From: Bacilli bacterium
Lineage (GTDB): Bacteria; Bacillota_I; Bacilli_A; RF39; UBA660
NCBI GenBank assembly: GCA_037071015.1
Contig: JBAMOY010000001.1
Span: 192,117 to 256,116 of the forward strand
Direction of reading: 5' to 3'
DNA length: 64,000 bases
Under the pieces are notes generated by a model. The model saw only the letters and a program-made list of their open reading frames with translations, was not told where the DNA came from and made no database searches. Below are positions 47,153 to 57,024 of the stretch, piece by piece. Within the stretch, counting starts at the first letter, position 1, and each line of letters starts with the position of its first letter. A program made the position numbers and the translations under genes.

Positions 47153-49624
47153 ATGAATAGTAAACGTAAAAATTACACTATCATTATGGTTTATGGGGTT
47201 ATTTTAATAGCGCTATTATTAGGTTTCAATAATCTTTACGGTTCTAATACGGACTGGATTAGTCAACATAGCGTAATTCCAGAATATTTTCGTCAACTTT
47301 TTTATGAAACAAAAAATCCATTTGTCAATTTTGCCTTTAATTTAGGGGCGGGACAAAATATATTTAATTATAGTTACTATGGTTTATTTAGTCCCATTAT
47401 TTTAATTTCTTATTTTTTACCTTTTATCGATATGACTGTTTTCATCATCGGTGCAAGTATTGTTTTGTATTTAATATCTGGTATGCTGATTTATAAATTT
47501 CTTATCAATAATCACTTCGAAGATAAAATGTCATTATTTTTATCATTATCTTTTTTAACGTTAGCACCATTGACTTTTCATTTTCATCACCATATCATGT
47601 TTGTATGGTATATGCCTTTTTTAATTATGAGTTTAATGGGAGTAGATCGTTATGTCGACAATAGGAAATCTTTATTGTTGATTATTAGTGTTTTTTTAAT
47701 AATTATGACCAATTATTATTATAGTGTTACAGCTATTATTGTGGTATTGGTTTACGGAGTTTATAAGCTTTTGGAGAAATCAAATATTACTATTAAATCC
47801 TTTTTTAAAGATGTTTTAGCTGCTAGTGTTAGAGTAATAATTCCAGTATTATTATCGGGTATTATTCTAATTCCCACTGCTTATGTTATTCTAAATACTG
47901 GTCGTACCATGACAACTTCTGTTTCACTTACTGAGTTGTTAATGCCTAATTTATCAGAAATTATCTATAAATCTTTTAGTATGGGTCTGTCAGCTCTATT
48001 TTTACTAGCTCCATTAGGATTGTTGTGTGTAAAAAACAAGAAAAAAGATGATATCTTTTTGAGCATTTGTTTACTGGTTATAACGTTCATACCAATCTTT
48101 ATGTATGTTTTAAACGGGTTCTTATATATACGTGGAAAGGTATTAATTCCTTTTGTTGTGTTATATATTTTGGCTCTAGCTAAATTTATCTGTGCTTTAA
48201 AGAACAAGGACATTAATATTAAAGCATTTATCGGTTTAATATTGCTAGTGTTTATTTTTTTGTTAATCACAGAATATCGCAATCCATTATTTATAGCTTT
48301 TACTATTGATTTGTTAGTAACTGTGTTAGCTATTAAATTATTTATAAAATATCGAAAGGAACAAATTTTATATTTTTTGCTACTTATTACATTACTTGTG
48401 GTAACATTTAGTAATAACAAGGCGGAAAAATTTGTCACAATTGATCGTTACAAAACGATAAATACTACAGCTATTACTAACTTGTTAAACTATACTGAAC
48501 TATCAGATTACTACCGAATAGATAATTATAATTTTCCTTTAGAAGTAGCCAATAAAGTATATAATTCTAATTACTATAATACATCACTTTATTCTTCAAA
48601 CTATAATAATTACTATTGGAATTTCTATAATTTTGAAGTGGGTAATAACATAGCTTATCGAAATGTTTTTGTTACCGCTGGAACCAAAAATCCTCTTTTT
48701 AATAAGTTAATGGGGGTTAAATATGTAATATCATCATCAGAGGTTGGACTTGGTTATTCAGTGGTTAAAACGATTGATAATGTAAGTTTATACGAAAACA
48801 AACATGTTTATCCAATGATTTATGCCACAAGTCAATATGGCTCAATATCTGATTATAGTAAGTTAAAGTTTCCATATAATATTGAATATATGTTAAAGTA
48901 TCCGGTTACGAATGATAAAATAAAAAGACATTACCACACATCTATTAAACAAGTAGACTGGAATATAAAGGGTGAATATCAATGGAATTTAGATCAAGAT
49001 AAAACATATGAATACAATATAAAAGAACCAATTAAAGATAAAATATTGATTATTACTTTTGATATGGATCATAATCAAAACTGTTCGCAGGGTGATACAC
49101 AAATATCTATAAATGGGGTTAAAAATAAATTGACCTGTAAAGAATGGATGTATCACAATCAAAATAATCACTTTGAGTATGTAATTTCTAGTAATGCTGT
49201 TCTTGATAAGTTAAAGATAGAAATGACAAAAGGTCAGTATAGTATTTCTAATCTTAGAATATATACAATGGATAATTATGAACCAGATTTTATATCTCTA
49301 GATAATTTAAAGATTAATAAAGCAATCTCGAAAATTAACGGTGAAGTTAGCTTGGATGAAAACGGATATATTATTACCAGTTTACCTTTTGATCGAGGTT
49401 TTTCAGTCTATGTCGATCATCAAAAGGTAAAAGGTGAAATCGTCAATACAGCCTTTTTAGGTTTTAAAGTTCCCAAAGGGGACCACAATATCGCAATTAA
49501 ATATACTTCACCAGGATATATGTGTGGATGTATTTCTTCTATAACCGGTTTGTTCTTATTAGTAGTAGTATTAATATGTGAAAATATCATGACGAAAAAA
49601 CAAAGTAATGAAAAGGAGAAGTAA
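47153..49624 (+). CDS. yfhO: YfhO-family polytopic membrane glycosyltransferase
   Basis: About 820 aa with roughly 13 N-terminal TM helices plus a large C-terminal extracytoplasmic domain. It is paired with a GT2 CsbB-like gene, which is the classic YfhO/CsbB arrangement. Confidence 0.7.
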   Translation: MNSKRKNYTIIMVYGVILIALLLGFNNLYGSNTDWISQHSVIPEYFRQLFYETKNPFVNFAFNLGAGQNIFNYSYYGLFSPIILISYFLPFIDMTVFIIGASIVLYLISGMLIYKFLINNHFEDKMSLFLSLSFLTLAPLTFHFHHHIMFVWYMPFLIMSLMGVDRYVDNRKSLLLIISVFLIIMTNYYYSVTAIIVVLVYGVYKLLEKSNITIKSFFKDVLAASVRVIIPVLLSGIILIPTAYVILNTGRTMTTSVSLTELLMPNLSEIIYKSFSMGLSALFLLAPLGLLCVKNKKKDDIFLSICLLVITFIPIFMYVLNGFLYIRGKVLIPFVVLYILALAKFICALKNKDINIKAFIGLILLVFIFLLITEYRNPLFIAFTIDLLVTVLAIKLFIKYRKEQILYFLLLITLLVVTFSNNKAEKFVTIDRYKTINTTAITNLLNYTELSDYYRIDNYNFPLEVANKVYNSNYYNTSLYSSNYNNYYWNFYNFEVGNNIAYRNVFVTAGTKNPLFNKLMGVKYVISSSEVGLGYSVVKTIDNVSLYENKHVYPMIYATSQYGSISDYSKLKFPYNIEYMLKYPVTNDKIKRHYHTSIKQVDWNIKGEYQWNLDQDKTYEYNIKEPIKDKILIITFDMDHNQNCSQGDTQISINGVKNKLTCKEWMYHNQNNHFEYVISSNAVLDKLKIEMTKGQYSISNLRIYTMDNYEPDFISLDNLKINKAISKINGEVSLDENGYIITSLPFDRGFSVYVDHQKVKGEIVNTAFLGFKVPKGDHNIAIKYTSPGYMCGCISSITGLFLLVVVLICENIMTKKQSNEKEK

Positions 49625-49625
49625 A

Positions 49626-50573
49626 ATGAAGAAAATATCAATAGTTGTTCCTTGTTGTAATGAGGAAGAGTCTTTACCAATATTTTATAAAGAAATGCAG
49701 AAGATAGTTAAAGAAATGGAAAAGGTAGCCACTTTTGAATTTATTTTTGTAAATGATGGCTCTAAGGATAATACTTTAGAGATTATGCGTGATTTAGCAC
49801 AAAAAGATGATCATGTTAGATATCTATCTTTTTCGCGTAACTTTGGTAAGGAGGCTGGAATATATGCGGGATTAGTAGCGACTACTGGTGATTATGTAGC
49901 TACTATGGATGTTGATTTACAGGATCCGCCATATCTTTTAACAGAAATGTTCCAAACTTTAGAGAGTGGAGAATATGATTGCTGTGCTGCTAAAAGTGTT
50001 TCACGGCATGGATATTCTTTTATTAGAAAAATTTTTACAAAACTATTTTATAAAATTATTAATAAATTATCTAAGGTTGAAATGGTTGATGGAGCCCGCG
50101 ATTTTAGGCTTTTTACCCGTCAAATGGTAGATGCTATTTTGGATATGAAAGAATACAATCGTTATTCTAAGGGAATTTTTAGTTTTGTTGGCTTTAAGAC
50201 GAAATGGATTGAATTTGAAAATACGGAGCGAGTAGCCGGAACAACAACGTGGAATTTTTGGAAATTATTTGTCTATGCGATTGAAGGAATAACTGCTTTT
50301 TCAACAGTACCATTAATATTTAGTGCTTTTATTGGGATTGTATTTTGTTTTATTGCCTTTTTAATGATTTTATTTATTATTGTTAAGACGCTTTGTTTTG
50401 GCGATCCTGTTAGTGGTTGGCCATCACTAGCATGTATAATTATATTTGTTAGTGGTATTCAATTATTTTGTATCGGAATAATGGGTCTTTATTTATCGAA
50501 AACATATTTAGAAACTAAAAAGCGTCCTATATATATTGTTAAAGAAACTGAAAGAGATTTAAAGAATAATTAA
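49626..50573 (+). CDS. csbB: GT2-family polyprenyl-phosphate sugar transferase (CsbB/GtrB-like)
   Basis: ISIVVPCCNEEESLP, the DGSKDNT...DVDLQDP (DxD) region, and two C-terminal TM helices. About 315 aa. Confidence 0.8.
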   Translation: MKKISIVVPCCNEEESLPIFYKEMQKIVKEMEKVATFEFIFVNDGSKDNTLEIMRDLAQKDDHVRYLSFSRNFGKEAGIYAGLVATTGDYVATMDVDLQDPPYLLTEMFQTLESGEYDCCAAKSVSRHGYSFIRKIFTKLFYKIINKLSKVEMVDGARDFRLFTRQMVDAILDMKEYNRYSKGIFSFVGFKTKWIEFENTERVAGTTTWNFWKLFVYAIEGITAFSTVPLIFSAFIGIVFCFIAFLMILFIIVKTLCFGDPVSGWPSLACIIIFVSGIQLFCIGIMGLYLSKTYLETKKRPIYIVKETERDLKNN

Positions 50574-50637
50574 TTAAAGAATTATTGACAAAACTATCGC
50601 TATGCATGTAAAATTGTTATAGAATAGAGTGGATAAT

Positions 50638-51030
50638 ATGAAAAAAAATGGTTTTACTTTAATTGAAGTGTTAGCAGTTATTATTATACTGGGTGTTATT
50701 GGTTTAATTGTTATGCCAGTTGTTACAAACTCTCTAAAGGAGTCAAAGGATGAGTTGTTAGAAGTTCAGCTTACGAATATTAAAGAGGCGGCAAAAACAT
50801 GGTCTGCCGATAATATTGATAAACTACCAACCGTGGAAAATGATAGTAAGAATATCACTTTGGAAAAATTACAAACAGAAGGATACATTGATGAGGATAT
50901 AAAAAATCCCAAGACTGACGAATTATTTAATGGTAAGGCAGTATGTGTTAATATCAAGTTTAACGGCAAAAAATACATTTACAATGTAGTTCAATCATTG
51001 GAAAATTGTAGTGATAATCAATTTGAGTAG
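50638..51030 (+). CDS. Type IV pilin-like pseudopilin (ComGC-like)
   Basis: Prepilin leader with the cleavage motif KKNG|FTLIEV and Glu+5. The hydrophobic helix and C-terminal LEKLQTEGYIDEDIKNPKT resemble ComGC. No comGA or comGB is adjacent. Confidence 0.6.
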   Translation: MKKNGFTLIEVLAVIIILGVIGLIVMPVVTNSLKESKDELLEVQLTNIKEAAKTWSADNIDKLPTVENDSKNITLEKLQTEGYIDEDIKNPKTDELFNGKAVCVNIKFNGKKYIYNVVQSLENCSDNQFE

Positions 51031-51033
51031 AAA

Positions 51034-51060
51034 GATGGACTTTAGTCCTTTTTTTTGTTA
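51034..51060 (+). terminator. Terminator-like hairpin plus T-run after the pilin gene
   Basis: GGACTttAGTCC followed by a T8 run. Confidence 0.35.
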
Positions 51061-51081
51061 CAATAAAAATTGGTGATAGTT

Positions 51082-51807
51082 ATGGTTTATTCTTCAATAG
51101 CAAACGATAAAATTAAAAATATTAAAAAATTAAATGAGAAAAAATATCGTGATATGGTAGGCCTTTTTTTAATTGAAGGTGAACACGTAGTTATAGAGGC
51201 ATATAAGAATAATTGCTTGAAAACTCTAATTGTTGAAGAAAATTATAACTTTAAGCTGGATCTAGAAACAATGATTACTACTACTAACGTTTTAAAGTAT
51301 ATTAGCAAGTTAGATAATCCTCCTAAAGTGATGGGAATTTGTTATAAACGTGATATCAAAGAACTGGGCGATAAATTATTGATTTTAGACAATGTTCAAG
51401 ATCCAGGTAATTTAGGAACGATTATTAGAAGTGCGGTTGCCTTTAATATCGATACTATGATTTTAGGCTCAGACTGTGTTGATTTATATAACCCTAAAGT
51501 TTTACGAGCAACTCAGGGTCTAATCTTTGGAATTAATATTAAAGTAGAGAATATACCTGATATAATCCCTTCTTTAAAACAAAAAGGATATAAATTGTTA
51601 GTTACAAATTTAAATGGCGGAAATGATATCAAAACTATTGAAAAAAATAATAAATTTGCTATAATAGTTGGAAACGAAGGTCAGGGTGTTAAAAAGGAAA
51701 TAATTGATCTTAGCGATGAATCTATTTATATAAAAATGAATAGTAAATGTGAAAGTTTAAATGTTGGAGTGGCAACCGGAATAATTTTATATGAATTAGA
51801 TAAGTAG
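51082..51807 (+). CDS. SpoU/TrmH-family RNA 2'-O-methyltransferase
   Basis: SPOUT motifs LDNVQDPGNLGTIIRSA, IVGNEGQGV and a C-terminal knot region. It lies upstream of rimM. Confidence 0.8.
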   Translation: MVYSSIANDKIKNIKKLNEKKYRDMVGLFLIEGEHVVIEAYKNNCLKTLIVEENYNFKLDLETMITTTNVLKYISKLDNPPKVMGICYKRDIKELGDKLLILDNVQDPGNLGTIIRSAVAFNIDTMILGSDCVDLYNPKVLRATQGLIFGINIKVENIPDIIPSLKQKGYKLLVTNLNGGNDIKTIEKNNKFAIIVGNEGQGVKKEIIDLSDESIYIKMNSKCESLNVGVATGIILYELDK

Positions 51808-51814
51808 GTGGCAT

Positions 51815-52309
51815 ATGGAGTATATATACATTGGTGATATTGTTAATACACATGGATTAAAAGGGGAATTGCGAATTATTTCTGATTTCAAATATAAAAA
51901 TGAGGTGTTTAAACCTGGATTTAATATCTATGTTGGCAGGCAAAAAGAGAAGTTAGAGATTAAGACCTATCGTCAGCATAAGAATTATGATATGGTGACT
52001 TTGGTTGATGTTAATGGGATTGAAGAAGCTATTGCTTATAAAGGAGATAGCGTTTATATTAATCGCCAATCTTTAACAATTGATGGTTATTTTGATGAAG
52101 ATTTGATTGGACTTAAAGCCTATACTGATGATAATTTTATTGGTGAAGTTAATGATCTTCTAAAAAATAAAGCCAACGATATTTTAGTGATTATAAATGG
52201 TGATAAAAAATACCTAGTTCCTAATATTCCGGAATTTATTTCGAATGTGGACCTTTCTAAGAGTAGAGTCGATATTAATAATATTAAAGGGTTATTTGAT
52301 GAAAATTGA
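51815..52309 (+). CDS. rimM: 16S rRNA processing protein RimM
   Basis: N-terminal IGDIVNTHGLKGELRI signature plus a PRC barrel. Canonical rimM-trmD-rplS order. Confidence 0.85.
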   Translation: MEYIYIGDIVNTHGLKGELRIISDFKYKNEVFKPGFNIYVGRQKEKLEIKTYRQHKNYDMVTLVDVNGIEEAIAYKGDSVYINRQSLTIDGYFDEDLIGLKAYTDDNFIGEVNDLLKNKANDILVIINGDKKYLVPNIPEFISNVDLSKSRVDINNIKGLFDEN

Positions 52310-52967
52310 TATTTTAACTTTATTTCCTAATATGTTTGAAGGATTTTTAAACGAATCGATCATTAAACGTGCCATTCATGATAATAAGGTTATTATTAAT
52401 GTCCATAATATTCGTGATTATTCAAAAGATCCACACAAAAAAGTTGATGATTATGGGTTCGGTGGTGGTAAAGGTATGGTGTTAATGCCTCAACCAATTT
52501 TTGATGCAGTAGAACACTTACGAGATGAAACCACTAAAGTGCTTTTAATGACACCCCAGGGCATACCATATAAGCAGACAATCGCTTATGATTTGTCTCA
52601 TGAACGGCATTTGATTATAATTTGTGGACATTATGAAGGTTTTGATGAACGGATTAGAACACTTGCTGATATAGAAATAAGTATTGGTGATTTTATTTTA
52701 ACTGGTGGCGAAATTCCTAGCATGGCTGTTACTGATAGTATAGTTAGACTTTTGGATGGTGTAATTGAAAAAGAATCTCATGAACAAGATTCTTTCAATA
52801 ACAATCTTCTAGATTATCCTGTATATACTAAGCCGCAAAATTTTCGCGGAATGTCTGTGCCTGATGTTCTTTTATCAGGTCACCATCAAAAAATTGCTGC
52901 TTGGCGTCTTGCTGAACAAATAAAAAGAACTAAAAAAAGACGAAGCGATTTATTAGAAAAGAGATGA
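52299..52967 (+). CDS. trmD: tRNA (guanine37-N1)-methyltransferase
   Basis: MKIDILTLFPNMFEGFL start, and a SPOUT knot (GHYEGFDERI...LTGGEIP). Confidence 0.9.
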   Translation: MKIDILTLFPNMFEGFLNESIIKRAIHDNKVIINVHNIRDYSKDPHKKVDDYGFGGGKGMVLMPQPIFDAVEHLRDETTKVLLMTPQGIPYKQTIAYDLSHERHLIIICGHYEGFDERIRTLADIEISIGDFILTGGEIPSMAVTDSIVRLLDGVIEKESHEQDSFNNNLLDYPVYTKPQNFRGMSVPDVLLSGHHQKIAAWRLAEQIKRTKKRRSDLLEKR

Positions 52968-52971
52968 TTTT

Positions 52972-53430
52972 ATGAAAAAAAGTTATATCTTAATTAAAGA
53001 TAATAAAAATAATCAAGTTTTTCATATGACATATGATAAAATAAATGGCTTTAAACTGAAACCTAAAAAAAATTTAAAGTATGATGGTGTTCAAGTTGAT
53101 AGAATGGTACTCATTAATCCATCTTTTATAGAACAAGTCATAAAAAAGAAAGTTAAACATAAATTAGATATGTATTTACAGTATTTAATTAATGTTTTAG
53201 ATAATGACGATAATGGAACTACTGATTTACGTCACGCTTTAAATGATTTGGTTCGTTATAAACAGACAATTATGAATAAATATCGTATTTATTTGGATGA
53301 AAAGTATATTGCTTTATTATTGAAAAAAATAGCTTTAATTGAGCATGAATTACAAATGAAATTACTAATGCGTGAATATAATCAACAGATGGTTTATGAA
53401 GATGAAAATACTAACCGTCGAACAAGATAA
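52972..53430 (+). CDS. Hypothetical protein (152 aa)
   Basis: ORF between trmD and rplS. No recognisable motif. Confidence 0.3.
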   Translation: MKKSYILIKDNKNNQVFHMTYDKINGFKLKPKKNLKYDGVQVDRMVLINPSFIEQVIKKKVKHKLDMYLQYLINVLDNDDNGTTDLRHALNDLVRYKQTIMNKYRIYLDEKYIALLLKKIALIEHELQMKLLMREYNQQMVYEDENTNRRTR

Positions 53431-53538
53431 AAAAGTCTTGCTAAAATAAAAAGATTATGTTACAATTATTGTTGTTGTGATCCGCTGGCATCTATTTATC
53501 GCCATGATCAACATTTAAAAGAAAAGGAGAGTGACATT

Positions 53539-53877
53539 GTGAATTTAGTTGAAAAAATAACTAAAAATCAAATGAGATCTGATATTCCTGAATTTCAAGT
53601 TGGCGATACTGTACGTGTTGGTGTCAAAATTAGAGAAGGAAATAAGGAAAGAGTTCAAGATTTCGAAGGTATTGTAATTGCTATTAAAGGTAGTGGAATC
53701 AGTCGTAATTTTATCGTTCGTAAATTATCTGCTGGTATTGGGGTAGAAAGAACATTCCCAATTAATTCACCAGTTATCGATAGTCTTACAGTTGTAAGAA
53801 AAGGTAAAGTTAGACGTGCTAGATTAAATTATCTAAGAACAATGGTAAAAAAAGCAAAAATTAAAGAAAGAAATTAA
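53539..53877 (+). CDS. rplS: 50S ribosomal protein L19
   Basis: [30 protein letters not shown]...[17 protein letters not shown] start after an AAAGGAGAG ribosome-binding site. Confidence 0.9.
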   Translation: MNLVEKITKNQMRSDIPEFQVGDTVRVGVKIREGNKERVQDFEGIVIAIKGSGISRNFIVRKLSAGIGVERTFPINSPVIDSLTVVRKGKVRRARLNYLRTMVKKAKIKERN

Positions 53878-53917
53878 TAAGGCAGTAATTGCCTTATTTT
53901 TAGATAGTGGTGATATT

Positions 53918-54412
53918 ATGAAATTCATAAGAGAAATTATTCCTTATATTATTGTAATTATTCTAGTAGTATTAATAAGATCATTTGTTGTTACGCCTAT
54001 CAAAGTAGATGGAACATCAATGACGCCAACATTAAATGATGGTGAAATAATGTTGCTTAATAAAATTGATCATAATTACAAACGGTTTGATATCATTGTA
54101 GTTAAATATAATGATACTAGATTGATTAAAAGAATTATTGGTTTACCTGGTGAACATATTAAATTTATTGATAATAAACTATATGTGGATAATAAAGTTA
54201 TTGAAGATGTCGATTTAGATGTCAAAACAGCTGACTTTGATCTTAATGAATTAAATTATTCTGTTGTGCCTGATGATTGTTATTTTGTTTTGGGTGACAA
54301 TCGAAACAATTCGACAGATAGTAGAATTATCGGCCCTATAGAGAAAAGTAATATTATAGGGAAAACTAATTTAGTTTTATTCCCTTTTAATAAATTTGGA
54401 CGCGTAAAATAA
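53918..54412 (+). CDS. lepB: Signal peptidase I
   Basis: Catalytic-Ser box DGTSMTPTL, the RIIGLPGE motif and GDNRNNSTDSR (catalytic Lys/Asp region). 164 aa. Confidence 0.85.
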   Translation: MKFIREIIPYIIVIILVVLIRSFVVTPIKVDGTSMTPTLNDGEIMLLNKIDHNYKRFDIIVVKYNDTRLIKRIIGLPGEHIKFIDNKLYVDNKVIEDVDLDVKTADFDLNELNYSVVPDDCYFVLGDNRNNSTDSRIIGPIEKSNIIGKTNLVLFPFNKFGRVK

Positions 54413-54477
54413 AATTACTATTTTATTTTTATGTAAAAAATATTTAGAAATTATAGTGTTTTTATGATGGTGGTATT

Positions 54478-56037
54478 ATGAATGGTGAGCAAAAAGGCGG
54501 AGTTAAAAATCATTTTCAAACTTTATTTCGCATTTTGAAAAAATTATTTAAGCAGAAGGAGCAACAAGAAGAGATAGACAAGACAGAACAAGCCAAAAAA
54601 CTAACAAGGGAAAAAAAGCAAGAGCAAGCGGTAGCTTATAAAGTATATCAAAAAAATATAATTCCGAATATATCTAGAAAAGGTAAAAATCACAGTATTT
54701 TAGTAAAAGATTCTACCAATAAAAATATGATTAACAGACAGATAATTAACAAAAGGATAACTGAAGGCAGTAATTTATCTGGACAAAAGAAAACACAACC
54801 TGTAAAAAAGTTAAAGGTTAATAACAGTTTTTTTGCTGAGAAAAATAAAATGGATATTTCTAATAATAATATAAATACATCTGTAGAAACAATAAACAAG
54901 AAATTTAAAAAAGGCAAAAAAAGAATTGACCAAAAGTCATTGAAAAAAGTTAACGATATAAAAAAAGACAATCATCGTGAAAATTCCATTGTTGAAAGAG
55001 TTAATAAAATTATACATGATAACAAATATGATTTAGATAAATTACAAGTTGAACTATATGAAATAGATCAAATGGCTTATTCGACTCAGGATAAAGATGA
55101 AATCAAAAAATTGCAAATGCGTTTTAGTCAGATAATATCTAGAATTGAAAAAATAAAACGTGATTTCGAAGTAATTAAAGATAATCTTTATTTTGAGGAT
55201 TATAAAGAACTTAACAATTATTTCTTATTGGAAGAAATCGATAATTTTAAGTTTAGTAGTGATTTAGAATCAATTGAATTACTTTCGCTACGTTGTAAAC
55301 AGCAAATTAGAATACTTAATGATATTAGTACAGTATATGAGAATTCTCTTAAAACGGCAAAAAAATTAGAAAAACAACAAGAAAAAATAGATTATATCGA
55401 TGTTAACACTCAGGAATTTGTTGATCATACGGATAGTTTAAATATTGTAAGTCGAAAGATTGATAATAATCTAGCTTTGCAAAATAAATTTATTGCTGAT
55501 ATGAACAAAAAAATTGGTAGTGCCCATAAAGATGTTAAAGTATATTATAAATATCGAGGATTAGACGATTTACTTAATAGTACTTTATCGATGGGATTGG
55601 GCATGTATAGTTTTTCTTCTATGCGCAAAAAAACGCGTTTTAAAGGCTTAAAATTTTTAGTAGGATCTTTCTTAATGTATAATTCTATTAGGGGGATGTT
55701 ACGGTTTTTATCGCCAGAAAGAAAAAAGATAACTTATATATACTATGAAGACTATGCAAAAGAATTGGATCAGGAAAGTTACCATTTAACGGTTACTCAT
55801 AATTTATTAAATCATTCTTTAAGAGATATTAGCTTGTTGAAAGAAGATTTTAAAAATAAATTTATGGTTTATCAATATCAAATACCGACATACGACATAA
55901 TGTTAGAGAAAATCGAAAAAATTGAAAAACAGTTGAAATTACAAAAGGCTGAAATTTTAGCAATTGACAAAACTTTAACTGACCAGAAACAAAAAAACAA
56001 GGAGTATGTCAAAAAAATTGAAAAATATGAAGAATAA
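54478..56037 (+). CDS. Lys-rich coiled-coil hypothetical protein with one predicted membrane segment (519 aa)
   Basis: Very high Lys/Glu/Asn content with heptad-like stretches, and a hydrophobic segment (MGLGMYSFSS...LVGSFLMY). No GTPase or enzyme motifs. Confidence 0.4.
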   Translation: MNGEQKGGVKNHFQTLFRILKKLFKQKEQQEEIDKTEQAKKLTREKKQEQAVAYKVYQKNIIPNISRKGKNHSILVKDSTNKNMINRQIINKRITEGSNLSGQKKTQPVKKLKVNNSFFAEKNKMDISNNNINTSVETINKKFKKGKKRIDQKSLKKVNDIKKDNHRENSIVERVNKIIHDNKYDLDKLQVELYEIDQMAYSTQDKDEIKKLQMRFSQIISRIEKIKRDFEVIKDNLYFEDYKELNNYFLLEEIDNFKFSSDLESIELLSLRCKQQIRILNDISTVYENSLKTAKKLEKQQEKIDYIDVNTQEFVDHTDSLNIVSRKIDNNLALQNKFIADMNKKIGSAHKDVKVYYKYRGLDDLLNSTLSMGLGMYSFSSMRKKTRFKGLKFLVGSFLMYNSIRGMLRFLSPERKKITYIYYEDYAKELDQESYHLTVTHNLLNHSLRDISLLKEDFKNKFMVYQYQIPTYDIMLEKIEKIEKQLKLQKAEILAIDKTLTDQKQKNKEYVKKIEKYEE

Positions 56038-56541
56038 TTACCATAAAACAATTGGGTTGATGTTGTGAGCAACAATAATAGCTTTATTATCGATTGTTTT
56101 GATAATTTTAGCAACTCGTTGAATTCTTTTTCGATGCACCATTATAATAATTGTTTTAGTCTTATCGTTGTTAATATAGTTGGTATTAATAATATACTTT
56201 TGTTTTCTTAAGGTCCTAGTAATTAGTTGGGCCTTTTTTTCATCAATAATAGCTGTAATCATTGAGCTACCTAAGGCTATTTTTTCCTCAATTAAGCTTC
56301 CTATGTATGAACCTACTAAAGAACCAAGTGCGAAAAAGACAATTTTTAAGGGATCATCATTTATATTAACAATGACAATTCCTGCCGATAGGACCCAAAT
56401 AACTGCTATAACGCCTTGTAAAATAGCGCCAAACCATTTTTTACCATTAGCCACTACGATTAAACGTAAAGTACCTAGGGTAGTCTCTATAATCTTTAGA
56501 ACGAATATTAGAAAATATGTGGTAAAATCCATAGTTATCAA
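56038..56541 (-). CDS. UPF0316/DUF2179-type small membrane protein
   Basis: Three N-terminal TM helices plus a C-terminal soluble domain, about 167 aa. Typical of UPF0316-family proteins. Confidence 0.45.
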   Translation of the reverse strand: MITMDFTTYFLIFVLKIIETTLGTLRLIVVANGKKWFGAILQGVIAVIWVLSAGIVIVNINDDPLKIVFFALGSLVGSYIGSLIEEKIALGSSMITAIIDEKKAQLITRTLRKQKYIINTNYINNDKTKTIIIMVHRKRIQRVAKIIKTIDNKAIIVAHNINPIVLW

Positions 56542-56718
56542 TCCTCTTTATATATTATGATACAAAATATATCCTTTAAACTAATTAAAGTATCACTAGA
56601 ATAGAAAAAGCGAAAAAATATTAATAAAATGCTGAAAAAACATTGATTTATCTTGCTAAAAATGGTATTCTGTAATTGTAAGCAAGATAGCTTATTACAA
56701 TATAGGGAGGTAAAGAAA

Positions 56719-56991
56719 ATGTCAAAAACAGAGTTAGTAAATTTTATTGCTGAAGAAACTGGATTAACAAAAGCAGATGCTTCAAGAGCTTTAGAAGCTA
56801 TGATGAATGGAATTGTAAAAGGATTGAAAGAAGACGGTAAAGTTACTTTAACTGGATTCTGTACTTTTACAGCAAAACAAAAAGAAGCTAAAATGGGACG
56901 TAACCCAAAAACTGGCGAAGCTGTACAAATTCCTGCTAGAGTAGCTGCTACTATTAAAGCTGGTTCTAAATTAAAAGATGCATTAAATTAA
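56719..56991 (+). CDS. hup: DNA-binding protein HU
   Basis: MSKTELVNFIAEETGLTKADASRALEAM ... GRNPKTGEAVQIPARVA. 90 aa. GGGAGG ribosome-binding site. Confidence 0.9.
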   Translation: MSKTELVNFIAEETGLTKADASRALEAMMNGIVKGLKEDGKVTLTGFCTFTAKQKEAKMGRNPKTGEAVQIPARVAATIKAGSKLKDALN

Positions 56992-57024
56992 GGCTTATAG
57001 CCTTTTTTTCTTGTGGAGGTATAA

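Noticed and set aside
54478-56037. Calling the gene after lepB rbgA/ylqF by position.
   Set aside because: It has no G1-G4 GTPase motifs. Position alone is insufficient.
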